In this document: one piece after another, positions 12,927-25,182 of the stretch
How positions within the stretch are numbered: the first letter of the stretch is position 1
Layout of the letters: each line of letters begins with the position of its first letter
NCBI GenBank assembly: GCA_001642005.1
Contig: LWCA01000198.1
Location: forward strand, 1-40,817
Origin: Intoshia linei
Taxonomy: Eukaryota > Animalia > Orthonectida
Length of the DNA stretch: 40,817 nucleotides
Reading direction: 5' to 3'
The notes under the pieces: model-generated
Databases searched by the model: none
Seen by the model: the letters and a program-made list of their open reading frames with translations, nothing else
Told to the model about the DNA's origin: nothing
Translations under genes and position numbers: made by a program

Positions 12927-13690
12927 ATGGACGTTAGTTTAAATACATACACAAATAATAAAAAATTGATCAAAGAAGGTATACGTCAGCATAACAGAAA
13001 TTCAAACCGGCCATTTACTAGAAAATCATCAAATAATTTCAATGTAAGCAGTCTGTTGAATATTATTAATTGGTTATTTAGAAAAAAGCGAATACAAATA
13101 TGAATTGTAAAAGTGGAAGAATAATCATTAAAAATTTGCATCACAAAATTACGAAGAAAAATATTAAGGTATGTATTAAACCTTAAAAATAAAACTCATG
13201 TAAACCATTCGGAACCAGATTAATTAATCAACTACATTGTATTTGACTTTTGACACGATTTAATTATCAAATGCAATACAATAAATTTACATTTAGGATG
13301 TGTTTGTTGGATTTGGAAAAATGCAAAGCTATGGTGTTAATTATGACAGTTTCAAACGGTCCTTGTGCACTGGATGGGTACATTATGTCAAAATGACTGA
13401 TGCAATGAACGCCAAAAAGAAGTACAACAATATCGCATTAGATGGTAATTAATATTTTTAAATAATTTTACATTTTCTTTCAGAACAAAAGATGAACATA
13501 ACGGTTATGGATGTCACTGTTCTAACAACGTAAATTTTCATTTAATACAATATATTGTTTTTTCAGAAAAAATAATAATGGCGTTAAGAAACAAAAAAGT
13601 TCCACAGGTTCGATAAGAAAGTCATTCAAGAAAATCTCTACTCTTGAACAATTGGATAAGGACATGGACGAGTACAATGCACAATATTGA
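12927..13690 (+). CDS. ALYREF: ALYREF/THO complex subunit 4-like mRNA export adaptor (RRM), 5 exons
   Basis: N-terminal box MDVSLN. RRM reads RIIIKNLHHKIT..DVFVGFG..VNYDSFKRSLCTGWVHY..AKKKYNNIALD. C-terminal UAP56-binding box is STLEQLDKDMDEYNAQY*. Splice phases are consistent. Confidence 0.85.
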
Positions 13691-14367
13691 ATCATAATAT
13701 TAATCATACTTTTTTATTCTAAAATTTGGTATTTAGGCCAATTTTATAATTATAATTAATGAATTAATAAAATGATAATTATCATATCTATATACTCTAA
13801 ATTCTTCCCTACACATCGATTTACCATATTTGAATTAAAACATCAAAATTTAGAGATTTAATGAACTTCATCTGTGACACCAAACTTTTTGATCCACACT
13901 CTTTTTAAGCTCGAAATTTCAATCAAAGAAATGGCCTATATTTAAATTTCTAGTGCAGAACCGAACCTACTATAGCAAACCCTCTTCGTGGTCCTGACGC
14001 AAATTTGTAAAATGGGGCGTCATTTTTCCAAATTGAACATTTAAAAAAATTATATTGTTGAACATCATAACTATTTTGTGTGTTAAATTTAAAATGTCGA
14101 GTCGAGACCCTTAAGAGGTGGCTAGGGCTATACGACAGTACACATTGTTTGCTAAAAAATGTTTGCGACCTAGTTTTAATTTTCGAATAGGTATCGAATA
14201 TGATACATTCTGCTCTCTGTGAGTCATTCAAAATCAGTTTTTGGAAAACGTGGCATGACTAAAATTATATAATATACTACATTATTATTATAAACAAACA
14301 AAGTTTCTATGGGCTCAAACTAAAAGTAAACATGAAATTATATTACTGTTTTACGTAATTTTTAATA

Positions 14368-17300
14368 ATGAATTTTAACTCAAATTTCTCGTCTAACGGT
14401 TCAACATATTTTTCAGATGAAGCAGCAGAATTATCATCAGATTGTGATGTAATGTTAAAATATTAAATGTATTTATTTTTTTAGAGTCTAAATATAGAAC
14501 ATGATCATTTTAATATTAATGTAATACTTAAAAATAAATCTAATTAATTTTATGAAAATATAGAACATATTATGTAATGACACTGAAGAGCAAAATGTAA
14601 TTTCAACACCGAGTGAAACAGTATGAAAATTATTATTAATGTATTACTATTACTGTACATATACAGGAAATTAACAAAAGTGACTGCGAATTAGATATTA
14701 AAGAAGTATCTAATAATTCTGTGGATCAAGTTTCGGAAGAATCAAAGTCAAATCAAGATTTAGACAAAAATATGGTTAGATATTATAATATTTATTACGA
14801 TACAATAGTTACACTTATTATTAGTAGCTTTTCAACGTCTAACGGTCAATTGAACGCAATTAAAAAAAATTTTAATTACATTGACATTTACAAAAAATTG
14901 TACCAACTGATAATAGTGTAAAATCAAATCAAAATTAAGAAAAATAGACTAATGAATAAGACATGTAATAAAATTAACCATTCGTCGAGTTTTATCACCC
15001 ACAGTAACTTTTATAGTAAAAATTCACTGGCTATTTGTGTAATAATTAGGGCGAACAATGTCATAAAGATAATTTTATTTTTTAATATTAAAAAAATGTT
15101 AGAAATGTAAGAGGGAACTCTAATAAACACATTTAATGGGTATACCGATTTTTAAAAAGTCATAAATGTCATATTTCTGACATAATTATCATAATAATAT
15201 TAATAAAGTCATAATTTAAAAAAAATTTTATTTTCCTTAAAACGATAATATAAATTAACAATTTTCAATTATACTATATGAAATGGAATCACCAAAAACT
15301 TATTCCCAGCTATTGAACTGATAAACCTCATCATCATGTGTTGAAACAACCGTTTTCGTTGTTAAGGAATATATTATCAAACGAAATAAATTTTTTAAAA
15401 ACGAATATGTATAAATATATTCTATTGTACTATAATAGCGGTTCCCAACATACTTAATAGTTTGTACTTTAAACTAAGAAATAATAATTTCGTATCCATA
15501 ATAATTTAAAATTTAGTGTAACTATGACATCATATTAATTTAAAATTGTTAATACTCTACTTGACCCAAAATGTATATCTAAAAAATCGTTGATGATCGA
15601 ACTGACAAAATAGGGTAGTAACTACATTTAATATACAACCTTAAAATCACAGTGACTATACAATATAAAAATATCAAATATACGTAAATACATAAGGAAT
15701 TATTAATAAGTACATTGTATATTATTACAATTTAATTTTTATTTTTGGAATTTAAAAAATATCCATAATTTATTAGTCATAGTGTCAGACGAGCTATTGA
15801 ACTAAAATAATTTCTGGGACCTAGGGGTTCCAGTACCTTCATTTGGGAACCGCTGTACCATAATAAATGAAATAGTCATATGTTTTTGGTGAAATGTCAT
15901 AATTTTTTTTAATTTTTGGTCATAAATAAATTTCCCTCGTAATAATATAGAAATGTATACATATTTAGATACTTAATAATGATATAAACCCAACAGAAGA
16001 TGTACAAATGAACTTAAAAACTGAAAAATCTTTACACCTAAACATTATAAAAGTTTCTAATCCAACCAAGTGTACTGTTAATTTTAAACATTATATACTG
16101 TACAATGTAGAAACAAAAGTAATTTAGTACAGTAAGCATAAAAGCAAAATTTAGATACATAAATTTAACGAAATACCCATAACTTACAACGCTAAACGTC
16201 GATTCAACCATTTTTCATGGCTAAAATCCTGTTTAACTTATAAATATACTAATATTGTGATACCGGTATATTAATATTAATTATAAACTGCAATTTTACA
16301 TATTATTAGACTTTACCAATGTCATCTGCAAAAGATCGATTTGTTAGATTCGATGCAAATTTTATTGCTAAAAGGTGAAACGAGTACTATATACTAATTC
16401 ACATATATCAGAGGGCATTAAAAGCTTAAAATTGTTGACTATAAAAATGTTATTTTATTTACAAATGTTAAAATTTTTGACAATTTTAATTAAATAAGAG
16501 ACCATATTGAATCCATAATTTATGTTTTATAATTATAATTAGGTCAAAAAGTTTGGAATTTTTTCTAAAAAATGTTGTAAAGCACCCAATTCTGTCAACC
16601 AGCAAAGATTTGTTTATATTTCTCACTGAGACTGAAAATGTATTATGTTTAAATTATACAGTTTAAATATAAAAATAATTTACCTTTAAATATAGAACTT
16701 GATTGAGTTTATGAGCAAATGGAAATTAGAAATGAAGAAACTCAAATTAATTTACACAAAAAAGTTAAATTCATCGCATTCCAATTACGAATTTAAAATG
16801 GCCATCAATTGTTGCAGAAATTTATGCAAAACATCTTATTTACTCGAAACAAACCGTAGTGGTTAAGACATGATTTTTTTAATTTAATTGTCATCATTTT
16901 TAGAGTATATATCCAAATTTAAAAATTTGAATCAAATTATTTTGGAGTGGTCAAAATCTGAAAAAATTTTGAAAAAAAGTATCAATGAAACAGCTCAAAT
17001 ATTCAATAATAATGTCACTATTTTTGAGAAAGAAGTATATTTTATTAAAATATTTAATAAATTATTGGCAAAGGAAATTTTTGTCAACATGAAAATTAAA
17101 TATGTGTTTATTCAGTGTTTTGAATAATTCATTATATCAGTGGTTTTCAACGTAAGCGTTAGCGCCCAAGGGGCGTTTTCATAATTTAGCTGCCACCAAT
17201 ATTATTAAAAATGTAAAAATGAACCTCCAAATTGTCTTTATCCACTGATGTGTTCTGAAATATCAAGGATATTATTGTTTTTTCCAACATCTTACACGAT

Positions 17301-19712
17301 TGAAAGTGGATTCAGTTCTGTAAACAAAATATTGAGTAAAGATATAAACAAATTAATATATTTAAATAAGGAGATGTTGTTATCAAATTAACCAGAATAA
17401 AAACAAGAATTAAGAGTTGGCACTTAATCACCAGGCGCAAGGATCACAAGGAAATAAATAAAAATTATTTACCTTTTTTTTCCATTATTATTGATTTTAT
17501 AAAAAGTATAGCTCATTTTATCATAGGGGCACTGATTTAGAAATTTATTAATTATGGTGGAATACGACGATAGTTTAAAAAGGTTGAGAATCCCTATATT
17601 ATATAATAATGTATTACTAATTGAAATTATACATGTATAGTATACTGATTTTAGCAAGAAAATACTTATGGAGACTTCACGAATTTATTTTATCAACATA
17701 AAAATAATTACAAACATTTACAAGTAATTTTATTATCATGCATCGTTTTATGATTACAATTTATTTTATATTAAAAAAAACAAAATAATATTTTATCAAA
17801 AAAATCTGTTAAATAGTGTATTTTTATGATAAATGATGTTTTTGTTAGTATATCCGCAGCGCATAATGCGCCCATTCGACAGTGTATTCCAATAATATAA
17901 TTAATTAATAACTAATTATATTTTTTATAATTATATAATATTATATTACTTATATATTTGTATTTAAAGGCGTTTCACTCTATATATTATAAAATATTTT
18001 TGGAATGCACTGTCTTTTCTAATGACCCAATAAACGATTCAATACATGTCCGCGGCTTAACCACCTTATTTAGGTATTAATTAATAAAGTAGTATATGGA
18101 GGAAAAAAGTTTTTGTGACATAATTTGGTACATTTTTCATTTAATTTATCATTTAAACAAAGGAAATGTAATAAAATGGATCAATCATCATTGATGATAA
18201 TTGAAAATTAATCCATAAGCAAATTTCCAAAATATATACACAAAGTACATTTAATTAACGTAAATATCAAAGACTAAATCAGAGGTGCCAACTAGTGATT
18301 GTGATTTCCCGGGAAAAATATGTAAATTATTTATTTTTAAATTTTTCAACTTTTAAACACTTTTCTACCATAATTAGCTTATTATACTCATTTTAGCTCT
18401 GAATTTTCAAATCGTCCTGGATATTATTTTGTTGAATATACTAGAACCGTTTCTCTTCAGTTAAAATTGAAATTTATCATATATAATTTTCAAAAACGGG
18501 GCCCGTATAATTTTTTGATAATAAAAAGTGGTCAACGAGACACAAAAGGTTGCAACCCTGGACTAAATCAAACATATTATCAACTTTTCAAATTAAATTT
18601 AATAATTTTTCTTACATCTCAGGACCATTTCTCACCTCAGACTTTTCTTTCCCCCAGTGAGTATAAGCCCCATTTGGGAACCACTGGTTTAAACTATATA
18701 TTTTGATATATATTTGATAGGTAATTTAAAATTTTAGAACATGTTTAAAATAAAAGAATACCACAAAAAAAATGTAATTTATAGTACAGTCGATTTTGTC
18801 TAATACATTTGTCTCGTTCATTTTGAGTGGTTACTTTTTAACCAAATACTAAAGATATTTTTTTTTGCTATTGAAATCTATATAACAGCGATTCTCAACC
18901 TGTACCCACCCAATATTTTTTATAACTTTAAAATGATTTGTGTTTGTTTAAAAAAATTTTTTTCATAAATTTATAACAATAAAATAAAAATTTTGCCCGC
19001 GATGGTTCTAAACTATTTTATATTGATAAGATGTGACCCTCTGAAAAAAGGTTGAGAACGCCTGCTCTATAATCAGTATTGTTTACATCAGCGGTGCACA
19101 ACTTGAGACATCATGGCCGCATTGCCCATTGAAGTTTTGTATCTATTTAAACTAGAAATTTTTATCAGAATAGTCTTTTGATTAAATTTTAGGACTATAA
19201 GTATATTATTGAATATTTTTTGTACATATCAAATATATTATATTTGAGTATATATTCGTATTGTAATGATAAGCTTTACGGCCTAATTTATGGAAATATT
19301 GTGCACCCTGGTCTACTTGTTGAGAGTCTTTCAACTGATAATAATTTGTAACTTACAAATATTTATTTTTTAAATTTTAGTCAATAGAAAAAGAATGGAA
19401 TGATGTATTTGAAGACGAAATTAAAAATTTTAACAACAGAACGAATAAAAATTTGATTGATGTATTTAAAAAAATAACACTAGAAAAGATATCCATGCAC
19501 GAGAAAGTATGTACATATTTTTAACATAGAAATACGTAAATTTTAAATTTTAGTCAATAGAAGAATGGAATAGATACAATAATATAATATTGGAAGAAAA
19601 AATGAAATTTATTAAAATATTTGAGAAATATAAAAAAGATCCAACAAGAGAATATAACGATGACAAATACAACAAAGATTTAGACGAAAACATAAACACC
19701 AATTTATCTTAA
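14368..19712 (+). CDS. PX-BAR sorting nexin (SNX7/SNX30/SNX4 group), multi-exon
   Basis: PX domain: VSNPTK..YILYNVETK..KRRFNHFSWL..IVIPTLP..RFDANFIAKRSKSLEFFLKNVVKHPIL..FIFLT (16.0-16.64 kb). BAR-like helices: EWSKSEKIL and SIEEW. The start codon and one internal junction near 18.07-18.77 kb are unresolved. Confidence 0.75.
15436..15855. mobile_element. hAT Buster-type MITE
   Basis: TIRs tagcggttcccaa and ttgggaaccgctg; TSD tactataa / taccataa (7/8). Confidence 0.88.
17138..17596 (+). mobile_element. Internally deleted hAT Buster element retaining the transposase C-terminal dimerisation region
   Basis: TIRs cagtggttttcaac and gttgagaatcccta; TSD cattatat / tattatat. The interior encodes a decayed RILLFFPTSYTIESGFSSVNKILSK..GDV.IKLT..HQAQGS peptide. 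Confidence 0.88.
18280..18560. mobile_element. hAT MITE (CAGGGTTGCCA type) with perfect TSD
   Basis: TIRs cagaggtgccaact and aggttgcaaccctg; TSD gactaaat on both sides (8/8). Confidence 0.9.
18886..19064. mobile_element. hAT Buster-type MITE
   Basis: TIRs cagcgattctcaacct and aggttgagaacgcctg; TSD ctatataa / ctctataa. Confidence 0.85.
19089..19310. mobile_element. hAT MITE
   Basis: TIRs cagcggtgcacaa and ttgtgcaccctg; TSD gtttacat / gtctactt (6/8). Confidence 0.78.
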
Positions 19713-19871
19713 ATTATAAAATTTTAGAAAAATTACATGTATGTGTACGCCGTACACTGTACGGTTATGTTGAAATAATATATTCATCATCATACTTAGT
19801 ATCGAGCTAATTAATTAAGTTTAATTTAAATATACATCACATTAAAGTGATAATATACTCAGTATATTATA

Positions 19872-20468
19872 CTATGTATGCATGTAAAATTGATTAGAAT
19901 CAAACATGGAATGATACAAAAAATCATCAGTACGTTGTAATTCGATAGAATAACTTTTTCGATTGTAAAGTTTATAAGAATTTGTGACAGGAAATGCGAA
20001 TGAACCGGGAAAGGTATCACAAAAGTTGACAATATCATTCGTTCCTCTATATGAATTCCAAAATTTGTTTCTTTGGTTAAATATCTTGTTATTTAAAGGC
20101 TTTAAATAAGTTTTTGTCATTTTCTGATTGAATTTTGAAAAATATTCATTATTTGAAAGCAATTTGCATTTTGAATAAAATTTTACATTGTTACAAAAGT
20201 CTACAAATGATTTATTATATATATTATAATTCATATTATAATTACCAGAGTTTGCGGTATCTGTAGGTTTTAAGCAATTTTCTTCTGTACGGTTGGAAAT
20301 TTTTTTAAAATGCTTACCTTTTCCAATAATAATTAATGGTAAATTGTACTTTTTCTTATCAATTTTGTCCATAAAGCGCAGATTGTTTACATATTGCGGG
20401 TTATAACCATTTAATTTTCGTTTGACAATTTTTGGAAGTTTCATTCGCTTTGATTTTATAATTTCCAT
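19872..20468 (-). CDS. Hypothetical intronless basic K/N-rich protein (198 aa)
   Basis: ATG-initiated 597-nt ORF, much longer than chance ORFs in this AT-rich window. No family recognised. Confidence 0.55.
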   Translation of the reverse strand: MEIIKSKRMKLPKIVKRKLNGYNPQYVNNLRFMDKIDKKKYNLPLIIIGKGKHFKKISNRTEENCLKPTDTANSGNYNMNYNIYNKSFVDFCNNVKFYSKCKLLSNNEYFSKFNQKMTKTYLKPLNNKIFNQRNKFWNSYRGTNDIVNFCDTFPGSFAFPVTNSYKLYNRKSYSIELQRTDDFLYHSMFDSNQFYMHT

Positions 20469-21574
20469 ATTTCATTAATATTTGTACCTCTTAAATTTCA
20501 AATAATTAAAACAATTATTCTTATAACATTACCATTTATTGATATTATAATATATACATTTAAATCAAAATTGATTTAGGAAATTTGGTACCTAATGTTT
20601 ACATATAAACCTATTAAATGAACACACTCGCATTTTACTGAAAATATTCAGGTTAGAATAATCATACTTTTTCGACGATTAATCAATAGCATTCTTGGTA
20701 AGGAGTTTTTACTTAACTTAATATATCTGGATAAATCGATTCATCTATTCGTTTACTTTTATTTGTCATAATATTAAGATTCTTATGACATTTTATCGTT
20801 AAAATTTATAATTTCGTGTAAATTTACAGTGGATTCGTATAAATTGTAATAGAAAATTTATTACAATCTTAGCAACTTGAATTTCAGGTTTGTTATTTGA
20901 CATGCGGACGCCTAGGTGTCAAAGGTTGGGTCTGTAATCACTGCCGAACGCATCAGTGTTAATTTGATTTCATTGCAAAATAAAGAATTGTAACTGTTAT
21001 GCACGAATAATCAACGTTAATTCAGTCAGTGTTTTTATAATTTTTATTTCACTTCATTTACATTCAATTATACATCAATTTAAATAATCAATAAAGTTTA
21101 AATTTCTTTAATTTAATGAAGTGGCTGAAAACAATCTTTAGATTTAAACATCATCAAACTTCTTTATTTGAAAATATCCCTATAAATCCTAGAAATCCAA
21201 TAAAGTAACGTTATTATTATAATTATGATTTAAAATTTTCATAATATGAGTGTAATGTATAATGTACATTATAATTATATATGTAACTAGCTACTAAACT
21301 AATACTTTTGGGCTTCTAATATTAAAAATTTTCGTGTAAACACCATACAATGTTTTCATTTTGTAATATTCGTTAATTTTGCAGTTTGTCAGTCTTAACT
21401 TATTTTTATTAAGGTTTTTAGGGACAAATTATATCATATTGAACCTTGAAATTTAAATGTACGTCTATATTACGTTTAATTTATCAATAGTTTTTAAATA
21501 ATAAAAAATTGTCGATCATACTAATTCTGTGACATGTATCGTGAAATAAGTTATTTCAATAAACATTTACGTTA

Positions 21575-22145
21575 ATAAAATAGTTACCAAATAAAAAATG
21601 TAATGAATACCAAAGTGCCTTTTTGACCGTGAATGCGTCACTTTCTCAGATTAAACTTTTTTGTGTGTAAACTCGATATAACTATGAGCTATAATTTTTT
21701 TGTAATTTTAGGAGTTTTATTTTTAAAAAAAGGGTAATCTGTGGTTTTAATCATAAAAATGTACGTTTTTGTGGTTTTAATTTAAAATAATGATCATAAT
21801 TATAAAAATTATCCCACAATTAATGTTTTATATATTTCTAGGACTATTTCATTTTTTAAAAAAAAGGGTAATTTGTGGTTTGGACTATGAAATGTAAGTT
21901 TTTGGCGTTGAAATTTAAATTCCTTTTTTAAAAATAAATTCAAAAGCCACAAATTATCCTTTTTTTATAAAAAATAAATTAAAAATAAAAATAAAATCAG
22001 CCCAAAAAATATAAAGAGACATAAATCTGGGACGTGTTTTAAAATCATTAACATTGTCGTTGTATATACGCTTATTGTATATACGTCGTTAACATTGTAA
22101 CGCTCATCCTCAGAAACATACATATTAATGATCAAAACCATATAA
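21575..22145. repeat. Two oppositely oriented Helitron-family repeat tracts forming an imperfect palindrome
   Basis: aaagggtaatYtgtggttt units at ~21729 and ~21863, then the inverted unit aaagccacaaattatccttt at ~21943 with further inverted sequence to ~22140. Confidence 0.7.
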
Positions 22146-22588
22146 GTAATATTAGTAAATTAAAATTAAGTCATTAATTTTATCATTAATTTAATCATTA
22201 AGTAATTTGTAACCTCGCCTTATTGTAACCACATGTGATTTAAATCAAAAAAAATTTAAACATAAAAAAAACATAAATATTAACGGAGGAGGTTATATAA
22301 AATACAATATTAAAAAAATTTCATGACTAATGGCGCTGCTGCAGCGACCAGCGCGCTGATTCTATTATCGTTGACAATAAATTGAAATACATTTAACATG
22401 TTGGTTTTACCATCATATGATAAAACTGCATTAGTGTTAATGAAGTGTTAATTTTTGAAAAATATAGTAACCCATTTTCATAATGAAAACCGTTAATTAA
22501 ATTGAGTTGGATTAAGTTTAAGTTAATTGGTAACTTTTTATAGAGAGGATTGTATACATTTTCCTTAAATATAAAATTTTTAATTTAG

Positions 22589-24919
22589 GACATGTACTAC
22601 TCAACAAATTCCACATGCAGATAAAACGGAAATATACGAATTTCGGGGGTTTATACACAAAATACACTTTAATGGAAAATTTGTTATACTGCGGGATTCA
22701 AACGGAATGGCACAATTTTATTTTAATAAAAAGCTGTGCAATGATCATAAGGATATTTTGAGTATAATTTTAATTAATTTACGTATCCGTGTTTCTTTAG
22801 AAAAATGTGTCCAATCATTTTCATATACACTGAACTTCAGTCGTGCCCCTTTTTTAATTTACCCTGAACTTGGCATGAAATTGTGAACGTGTACGTAGTC
22901 ACTGATCTGATTCGTATATGAAAGATGGGCCTACGACTATCAGGGGTCTAACATTTATTATGTATAACAAAATTTTTCAAATTGTATTACATATTGTACT
23001 ACTAATGAGATGTAACTAATTTGAATTATATGTACATTTTAGAATTGGAATCTGCTGTAAGCATATTGGGCCACATTGAAAATAGACCGAAAGATAAAAT
23101 CCGAATAGATCAATTTAATGGAGCCTACGAAATAGTTGCTAAATATATTAAAGGAAGTCCGTGTTTACTACCTGACTTGATATCTAATAACAAATCAAAT
23201 GAAAATTTACGCTTAACCAACAGGTTAAGCTAATTCTTTATACAAAAGGTATACAAAGGTAAATGTATAACGATTGAAAAAGCGACTCTCCACAAATATC
23301 GAATAAAAAATTAAAATATTAATATAAATTAAATTAAAAATTCCAAGTTTCAGTTCTGTCGGCATACTCATGTTTGTTGTACCCATAATTTAATTTAATT
23401 TACATTGATTATTATATTTAGATCATTAAGTATACGGACATCTCAATTGCATATATTGAAATTGCGTTCAAAAATTTACAATTTATTTTTAAATTTTTTT
23501 AACAATGAAAATTTTACATACATTGATACACCAACATTTTCTTGGAGGGGGTTTGAAGGATCAAATGAATTTCACGTTTTAAACAGTATAGACGACAAAA
23601 AAACAAGTTATCATTTAACACAAAGCCCTCAAATGTACAAGCAAATATTGATGGCGTCTGGAGTAGAAAAATATATTCAAATAGCTAGGTGTTACAGAAA
23701 CGAGAAATGTACCTCCCGTCGTCAACCAGAATTTGTGCAATTGGATTTAGAAATGGCATATGCAAAATGCATAGATGTAATGAAATTGATAGAAAATTCT
23801 ATATTACATGTTTTATCTACTATAGATGATTTTAAAAAAAAGGATATTATGAATTTAGATATGACCAAAAGTTTAGTTTTTCCTGTGTTGTCCTTTTCAA
23901 ACTGCTTAACGTATTATGGCACCGATAAACCGGATATTAGATTTGATTGTAAAATAATTGATTTGGAACAATCTTTGGCATTAGAATCTCATCAAGTGGT
24001 TGTAACTGATAAACCTTGCTATGCTTTGATATTTCCAAAGGTTGGCAATGTGGATAACGTGATGAATTTATTGATCAAAAGATTAAAATCTCAATTTAGC
24101 GAAAAATACCAAACCATTGTAAATAATTTAAAAATATTTACTTACCAAAAAAACACGTCATCAAAAAAAATATTTCAATTCACATTTAACCCTGAATTAA
24201 GTATAAAGTGTAGCAATTTGAAAGATGAGCCAAGTGGAGTTAAATCGGTGTTTAAAAATTACATGAATAGAGATTTTGAGTCTGAAAATACTGAAGATGA
24301 ATGTGTCGTGTTTTTAATTGATAAAAATGTCCCTCGTGCAGTTGTAGGATTTTTACGGATTTATCTAGCAAATGAGTTTGAAAAACTACACTACGTTGTC
24401 CGGGATTATAAGAAATATGCGTTTCTTTGGGTAAATCAATTTCCCTTATTTTATTTGGATAACAAATACTCTTTAACCAACTCTCAAAACAAGAATGTAG
24501 CCAAAACTATTTTGAAATTTAACTGTAGTCATCACCCATTCACTCGATCTAAAGAATTTGAAAATTTAAATTTAAACCAATATGATAATGATCAAGTTGA
24601 AATGGAATTTGTTGAAAAAGTTTTATCTGTCAAGGCCAATCATTATGACTTGGTTTTAAATGGGGAAGAAATCGCGGGCGGCTCAGAACGAATTCATGAT
24701 TTGCAAACTCAATTAAAAATGTTAAAATTTCTCAACTATCCCACAAAATATTTTGTCCCTCTCATCAATGCTCTCAGATCAGGGTGTCCTCCTCATGCCG
24801 GCATTGCCATTGGGATGGACCGGTTTTTAGCTACTCTTTTAGGCACCAAAAATATACGAGATGTCATTGCTTTCCCCAAAAACAGTTCTGGAAATGACCC
24901 ACTACTTAATCCACTCTAA
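22589..24919 (+). CDS. DARS2: Mitochondrial (bacterial-type) aspartyl-tRNA synthetase; first exon unresolved
   Basis: OB-fold exons read FRGFIHK..FVILRDSNG and ESAVSILG. Class II motifs: IDTPTF, LTQSPQMYKQILM, YIQIARCYRNE..RQPEFVQLDLEM, HHPFT, YDLVLNGEEIAGGSERIH, PPHAGIAIGMDR, IRDVIAFPK. Confidence 0.93.
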
Positions 24920-25182
24920 TGTTTATTATCTTGATGAATAAATAAACTATCACATTTAAATCAGTTTTGTTACTAACAAATTATATTTTTTATACAATAA
25001 ATGAACTTGAGATTATTTTATAATATACACATTAACTAAAATAGTTCAAGACCTTTATGTCCATTTCAACTCAATTTTGACTAGTCTTTTTACTTGATCA
25101 AATACTTTTAATTTAAATTTATTTTTAATCAATTCAATATCGCAAATTTACGTGTACCAAGTTATCGAATGTTGACTACAAA

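Noticed and set aside
13950-14231. 93-aa minus-strand ORF
   Set aside because: Non-ATG start, lies across apparent TTAA-type transposon ends, and has no recognisable domain.
20895-21030. SRP RNA or RNase P RNA, suggested by ggttgg..tctgtaatcac and aattcag motifs
   Set aside because: No S-domain helices and no convincing P4 pairing; the flanks are too AT-rich. Kept only as an unexplained island.
22323-22370. GC-rich hairpin-like patch as the DARS2 first exon
   Set aside because: The splice phase is compatible, but MTNGAAAATSALILLS lacks the basic character of a mitochondrial presequence. It could equally be a Helitron-type terminator.
23405-24919. Bacterial contamination or recent horizontal transfer of aspS
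   Set aside because: Upstream exons with GT-AG introns complete the anticodon-binding domain, composition matches the host, and a bacterial-type sequence is expected for a mitochondrial AspRS.
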